This document shows, in pieces, positions 58,919 through 64,000 of a DNA stretch of 64,000 nucleotides (position 1 is its first letter; each line of letters starts with the position of its first letter). The translations under genes and the position numbers were made by a program. This DNA is from Bacteroidota bacterium (lineage in GTDB: Bacteria; Bacteroidota; Bacteroidia; 2-12-FULL-35-15). The stretch is from assembly GCA_947469885.1 (NCBI GenBank), contig CANIQT010000013.1:13604-77603 (forward strand), in the 5' to 3' direction. The notes under the pieces were generated by a model. The model worked only from the letters and a program-made list of their open reading frames with translations. It had not been told where the DNA came from and did no database searches.

Positions 58919-61900
58919 ATGAAAAGAGTACTTTTCCTTGTTTCCTTATTTGTTTTCAATTTTGCATTTGGTCAGGCTCCGCCAAATGATAACTGTATAA
59001 CCCCACAGGTTATTGTTATTCCTGCATCTGGTACAATTTGTGTTAACTCAACCAACATAAACGCCACAAGCGATGGGTTTCTGAACACTTGCGATGTAGG
59101 TGTTCCGGGCAATGAAGTATGGTTTGCATTTGTTGCAACCGGAACTTCCAACACTGTTACAATCACACCAAATGGCGGGACTCCTGCACAGTTTGCGGTG
59201 GTTTCGATGCAAAATACCAATTGCGCTTCGGGCTCTTATAACATTTGTAATGCCAGTGCAACAGCAGGTGGTGCGGCATCGGTTACTTATTCTTACACTC
59301 CGGGTTCCCAAATATTATTTTCGGTAGAAACAGAAGGGGCAGACGGAACCTTTCAGGTGTGTGTAACCTCCACTACTCCACCTCCCGGACCAGGTAGTTC
59401 GTGTGCTACCGCAACATCTATTTGTACAATGGCTCCGTTTACTCAAAATCCAATGCCGTCCAATGTGACTGCATTGTTACCATCTTGTTTTTTTGTTAAT
59501 CTTCAACAACCGGTGTTTTATCAGTTTACAGCTGGTACCACCGGAACTTGTGCTTGGTCTGCTACTCCGCTTGGAGCGGTTGAATACGATTGGGCAATGT
59601 ACAATATTACAGCTGGTTGCCCAGGAGTGGAAGTTGCTTGCAATTATGATTATAATTTCAGCGCAGGTTCACCTGTAGGAATGGCTATAGGTTCGCCATC
59701 CCTCTGCCCAACTAGTTCAGTGGCGGTGAGTGCATCTGATGAAATGTGCCCTCCCATTGTTGTCACAGCCGGGCAAACCTATTTGATTGTGATAGATAAT
59801 TTCGACTTTAATGGTATCGGATTTGATTTTGCTTGGGGCAATGGAACTTTTCAGATGCCAAGTTCTTCGTTTACTGTAAATCCAACAAATGCCTGCAATT
59901 CGGCACTTGCTACATTTGTAAATAATAGTGTGCCTGTTGCTGCTGCTTCTCATTGGGATTTTGGTGATGGAACTACTTCTAACCTTCACAGTCCGCCACC
60001 ACACAATTATCCTACACCCGGAACTTATTTGATTTCGTTAACCACTACTACCGCTAACGGTTGTCAATATATCAGTTCGAACAGTGTTACGGTAAATACG
60101 ACACCAACCATGACCACACCACCCAACATTTCGGTGTGTGCAGGTACAGCCATTGCAGCAAGTAATTTTGTGAGTAACCCTACGGGAGCCACCTTCGCAT
60201 GGACCAACTCAAATAACGCCATCGGATTGGCTGCTAATGGAACAGGAAACACCCCTGCTTTCACTTCCACTAATGGTACAGGTTCAAATATTGTTTCTAC
60301 CATCACTGTTACTCCTACTCGAAATGGATGTGCGGGAACACCAGTAAATTATACTATTACTGTTACACCTGGTCCAACCATTGCTAATGCAGGTCCCGCA
60401 CAAAGTGTTTGCGGTACAACAGCCACACTTGCCGGAAACACAGCAACTACAGGGGTAGGAACATGGACACTCGTTAGCGGTGCAGGAACAATTACAAATC
60501 CGAATTCACCAACATCTGGTGTAACAGGGCTTGGAGTAGGTGCCAATGTTTTTCAATGGACAATTATTAGTGCACCTTGCCCAAATTCTACTAGCCAAGT
60601 AACTATCACCTCTGGAAACGCCACCAGTGCCTCGGTTGCAGGTCCTAATCAAACCGTTTGTGGCACCACAGCAACACTAGCAGGAAATGCTCCTGCGGTT
60701 GGTGTGGGTACTTGGACATTAGTAAGCGGAGCAGGAACTATCACTACTCCCGGTTCTCCAACATCAGGGTTAACCGCCCTTGGAGTAGGTGCCAATGTTT
60801 TTCAATGGACAATAACCAACGCAGGATGCCCTTCTACTTCTAGTCAAGTAACTATTACTGCAGGTGCTATACCAACTGTGGCAGTTGCAGGAGGTAATCA
60901 AATTGTATGTGGAACAACTGCTACATTGGGTGGTAACACCGCAACTGTTGGTGTTGGCACATGGACACTGGTTTCGGGAGCAGGAACCATTACCAGTCCT
61001 AATTCACCATCATCAGGTGTAACAGCACTTGGACCCGGTGCCAATGTATTTCAATGGACGATTGCACTTTTACCCTGTCCTGCTACGTCAAGTCAAGTAA
61101 CCATCACTTCGGTGCAAGTACCCACTGTAGCTGCTGCAGGACCTAATCAAACCGTTTGCGGAACGAATGCAACATTAGCAGGAAATGTTGCAGCCATCGG
61201 AACCGGGCTTTGGACTGTCGTTAGCGGTTCGGGAACAATTGCCAACACTGGATTAAACAACTCTGCTATAACAGCACTTGGTGCAGGAGCCAATGTGTTT
61301 CAATGGACTATATCGAATGCACCATGCGCTTCCACATCAGGTCAGGTAACCATAACAGGAGTTACACCACCAACGGTGGCAGCTGCAGGACCTAATCAAA
61401 CTGTTTGTGGAACTACCGCTACATTAGCTGGAAACCTTGCTGCATCAGGCACAGGGCTATGGACATTGATAAGCGGTACAGGAACAATTACTACCCCGTC
61501 TTCTGAAACATCAGGATTAACAGCACTTGGAGTAGGAGCCAATGTATTTCAATGGACCATATCCAATGCGCCTTGCCCTACATCCACTAGTCAGGTAACC
61601 ATTACAGGAGTTGCGGTGCCTACTGTAGCTGTTACGGGACCTAACCAAACAGTTTGTGCCACTACCACCAACTTAGCCGGAAACATTGCAGCTGCTGGTT
61701 CAGGGCTTTGGACATTAGTAAGCGGAGCAGGAACAATAACAACACCAGCATCCGAATCAACTGGAATAACAGCACTTGGCATAGGAGCCAATGTGTTTCA
61801 ATGGACCATCTCAAATGCACCTTGCCCTTCCACTTCGAGCCAGGTAACCATTACCGCAGGCACACCTTCTACAGTTGCAGCTGCCGGACCCAATCAAACC

Positions 61901-64000
61901 GTTTGTGGAACGTCAGCAACACTTGCAGGAAACGCTGCTGTGGTTGGAGTTGGAGTGTGGACACTGGTTTCAGGAAGCGGAACCATTACCAATCCTACGT
62001 TACCTAATTCGGGAGTTACGGGTTTAGGATTTGGAGCCAATGTGTTTCAATGGGAAATTGATAATCTTCCTTGTCCTCCATCCACTAGTCAGGTAACTAT
62101 TACAGCTGTTGATGTTCCTACTGTTTCGGTGGCAGGTCCTAATCAAAATATTTGCGGAACTACCGCCACATTAGCCGGAAATGCTGCAACAACAGGCACG
62201 GGACTATGGACATTGGTTAGTGGAAGCGGAACTATTTCAACACCTTCGCTCGCAACATCAGGTATTACAGGGTTGACAGTGGGTAACAATGTTTTCGACT
62301 GGACCATTTCCAATGCACCTTGTCCTGCTTCTTCTACACAAGTAACTATTGCTGTTAGTTCCATACCAACGGTTGCCAATGCAGGACCTAATCAAACTGT
62401 ATGCGGAACAACAGCTACATTAGCAGGAAATACTGCTACAACAGGTGTTGGAACCTGGACATTAATTTCAGGTGCCGGAACAATTACTAATCCTGCATTG
62501 GAAAATTCAGGTGTTACAGGTCTTGGACCGGGAGCAAATGTGTTTCAATGGCAGATAGATTTATTGCCTTGCCCGCAAACAACCAGTCAGGTAACTATTA
62601 CATCCGTTGCTACTCCAACTGTGGCAGCAGCTGGACCTAACCAAACAGTTTGCGGAACAACTGCAACATTAGCAGGAAACCTTGCTGCCGTGGGTACAGG
62701 AGTATGGACATTAGTTTCAGGAACTGGAACAATTACCAATACAGGATTAAATAATTCAGGTATTACAGCACTTGGAGCAGGAGCTAATGTATTTCAATGG
62801 ACTATTTCGAATGCGCCTTGTCCTGCTTCTACTAGTCAGGTAACCATTACAGGCGTTTCTATACCAACTGTTGCCAATGCAGGAGCTAATCAAACAGTTT
62901 GCGGAACCAATGCTACATTAGCCGGAAATGCTGCTGCTGTTGGTACAGGAGCATGGACAGTCGTTAGCGGAAGCGGTACATTTACAAATTCTACCTCTGA
63001 AACATCAGGTATTACTGCACTTGGAGTAGGTGCCAATGTTTTTGAATGGACGATATCAAATGGTATTTGTCCTCCAACATCAAGTCAGGTAACCATTACA
63101 GGAGTAGCTACTCCAACCGTTGCTGCTGCAGGACCTAACCAAACCATTTGTGCTACTACAGCTACATTAGCCGGAAATATTGCCACCACAGGCACAGGAG
63201 TGTGGACAGTAGTAAGTGGTGCAGGAACTATCACTAATCCTGCTTCTCCAACTTCAGGAGTTACTGGCTTAACTGTTGGTACAGATGTGTTTCAATGGAC
63301 GATTACTAATGCACCTTGTCCTGCAAGTTCAAGTCAAGTTACAATCACAGTAGGTGCCCCAACCACTATTGCTAACGCTGGTGTAAATCAAAACGTTTGC
63401 GGAACAACAGCTACTTTAGCAGGTAATGTGCCTGTTACCGGAACAGGTGCATGGACAGTAGTTAGCGGAGGAGCAACTGTTACAAGTCCATTAGCTTTCA
63501 ATTCAGGTGTTACCAATCTTGCACCTGGGGCTAATGTTTTTGAATGGACTATCTCTAGTGCTAACTGTCCTCCAACTACCAGTCAGGTAACTATTACAGC
63601 TACTCCAATACCTCCTGCACCGGTTGTTGTATCGCCTCTCAACTATTGTCAGTTTGATGTGGCAGGTGTTCTTTCAGCTACAGGAACCAATTTATTATGG
63701 TACACCAATTCCACTGGTGGTGTTGGAAGCCCTATAGCACCAACTCCTTCTACTACTTTATCTGGTACCACTAATTATTATGTTTCGCAAACAATAAACG
63801 GATGCGAAGGTCCGAGAACTTTTATTGCGGTGATTGTGGCTACCTTTCCTGTTGCAAGTTTTTATGCTCCGTTAACAAGCAGTATCGAAAATCCGGTTAT
63901 TCATTTTACAGACGAATCAGTGGGTGCTACTTCATGGTCGTGGAATTTTGGTGATTTTTCATCAGGAGCAAATAACACGAGTACTTCTCAAAACCCAACC
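58919..64000 (+). CDS. giant cell-surface adhesin-like protein, 5' 1694 codons (continues beyond window): N-terminal domain, PKD domain, then 13 tandem ~80-aa Ig/PKD-like repeats
   Basis: Signal peptide MKRVLFLVSLFVFNFAFGQ and a PKD-like HWDFGDGTTSNLHSPPPHNY. Repeats of the form PTVAAAGPNQTVCGTTATLAGN...GTWTLVSGAGTITNP...GANVFQWTISNAPCP.STSQVTIT run from about 60350 to 63600 with a 240-bp period. Antisense track ORFs within are artefacts. Confidence 0.75.
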   Translation, partial: MKRVLFLVSLFVFNFAFGQAPPNDNCITPQVIVIPASGTICVNSTNINATSDGFLNTCDVGVPGNEVWFAFVATGTSNTVTITPNGGTPAQFAVVSMQNTNCASGSYNICNASATAGGAASVTYSYTPGSQILFSVETEGADGTFQVCVTSTTPPPGPGSSCATATSICTMAPFTQNPMPSNVTALLPSCFFVNLQQPVFYQFTAGTTGTCAWSATPLGAVEYDWAMYNITAGCPGVEVACNYDYNFSAGSPVGMAIGSPSLCPTSSVAVSASDEMCPPIVVTAGQTYLIVIDNFDFNGIGFDFAWGNGTFQMPSSSFTVNPTNACNSALATFVNNSVPVAAASHWDFGDGTTSNLHSPPPHNYPTPGTYLISLTTTTANGCQYISSNSVTVNTTPTMTTPPNISVCAGTAIAASNFVSNPTGATFAWTNSNNAIGLAANGTGNTPAFTSTNGTGSNIVSTITVTPTRNGCAGTPVNYTITVTPGPTIANAGPAQSVCGTTATLAGNTATTGVGTWTLVSGAGTITNPNSPTSGVTGLGVGANVFQWTIISAPCPNSTSQVTITSGNATSASVAGPNQTVCGTTATLAGNAPAVGVGTWTLVSGAGTITTPGSPTSGLTALGVGANVFQWTITNAGCPSTSSQVTITAGAIPTVAVAGGNQIVCGTTATLGGNTATVGVGTWTLVSGAGTITSPNSPSSGVTALGPGANVFQWTIALLPCPATSSQVTITSVQVPTVAAAGPNQTVCGTNATLAGNVAAIGTGLWTVVSGSGTIANTGLNNSAITALGAGANVFQWTISNAPCASTSGQVTITGVTPPTVAAAGPNQTVCGTTATLAGNLAASGTGLWTLISGTGTITTPSSETSGLTALGVGANVFQWTISNAPCPTSTSQVTITGVAVPTVAVTGPNQTVCATTTNLAGNIAAAGSGLWTLVSGAGTITTPASESTGITALGIGANVFQWTISNAPCPSTSSQVTITAGTPSTVAAAGPNQTVCGTSATLAGNAAVVGVGVWTLVSGSGTITNPTLPNSGVTGLGFGANVFQWEIDNLPCPPSTSQVTITAVDVPTVSVAGPNQNICGTTATLAGNAATTGTGLWTLVSGSGTISTPSLATSGITGLTVGNNVFDWTISNAPCPASSTQVTIAVSSIPTVANAGPNQTVCGTTATLAGNTATTGVGTWTLISGAGTITNPALENSGVTGLGPGANVFQWQIDLLPCPQTTSQVTITSVATPTVAAAGPNQTVCGTTATLAGNLAAVGTGVWTLVSGTGTITNTGLNNSGITALGAGANVFQWTISNAPCPASTSQVTITGVSIPTVANAGANQTVCGTNATLAGNAAAVGTGAWTVVSGSGTFTNSTSETSGITALGVGANVFEWTISNGICPPTSSQVTITGVATPTVAAAGPNQTICATTATLAGNIATTGTGVWTVVSGAGTITNPASPTSGVTGLTVGTDVFQWTITNAPCPASSSQVTITVGAPTTIANAGVNQNVCGTTATLAGNVPVTGTGAWTVVSGGATVTSPLAFNSGVTNLAPGANVFEWTISSANCPPTTSQVTITATPIPPAPVVVSPLNYCQFDVAGVLSATGTNLLWYTNSTGGVGSPIAPTPSTTLSGTTNYYVSQTINGCEGPRTFIAVIVATFPVASFYAPLTSSIENPVIHFTDESVGATSWSWNFGDFSSGANNTSTSQNPT

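Noticed and set aside
60064-62379. Minus-strand and alternative-frame ORFs 60064..60306, 60349..60546, 60658..60843, 61591..61791, 61654..62007, 62143..62379
   Set aside because: They are antisense or out of frame within the tandem-repeat region of the giant adhesin gene. Their periodic placement mirrors the 240-bp repeat, so they are artefacts.

Overview
This is a low-GC Bacteroidota chromosomal segment, Sphingobacteriia/Chitinophagia/Cytophagia-like, with genes packed densely on both strands. The housekeeping genes I recognise with confidence are: der/engA; a DEAD-box helicase; psd; a YjjG-like HAD nucleotidase; upp; radC; rpsT; a tRNA-Glu(UUC); proS; ahcY; greA; a HIT protein; a PcrB/GGGPS-family prenyltransferase; a PnuC-NRK nicotinamide riboside salvage pair. 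Other content: a full-length E. coli-type PaaZ fusion next to ABM-like, cupin and crotonase genes; a six-gene minus-strand sugar-modification block (UDP-GlcNAc 2-epimerase, an AAC(3)-like N-acetyltransferase, two deacetylase-like proteins and a FemAB/GNAT-like protein); a TPR adenylate cyclase; an ECF-type sigma factor. The most distinctive content is type IX secretion (T9SS) related. It comprises: a type-B CTD adhesin paired with a PorP/SprF gene carrying an unusual SPOR-like C-terminal extension; a TonB-dependent-like barrel followed by a 1358-aa CTD protein and a PorV-like barrel, which I read as a possible porU-porV module; a 1425-aa beta-helix CTD protein; two paralogous CBM-like CTD proteins inside a 1.7-kb tandem segmental duplication; a partial giant adhesin with 13 near-identical 240-bp tandem repeats. 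Several non-coding structures stand out. Between about 36.7 and 40.3 kb lies a repeat-rich, compositionally odd islet with 109-bp tandem repeats, 21-bp iteron-like repeats, a 137-bp MITE-like hairpin element and an upstream ORF with a Shine-Dalgarno-like sequence. There is a (CACCG)5 microsatellite upstream of a large surface protein gene, and a dispersed CCCCTCCCC...GGGGTGAGGTC intergenic element in two copies. I found no CRISPR array, rRNA or obvious transposase. Many ORFs in the supplied track are antisense or low-complexity artefacts and are rejected below.
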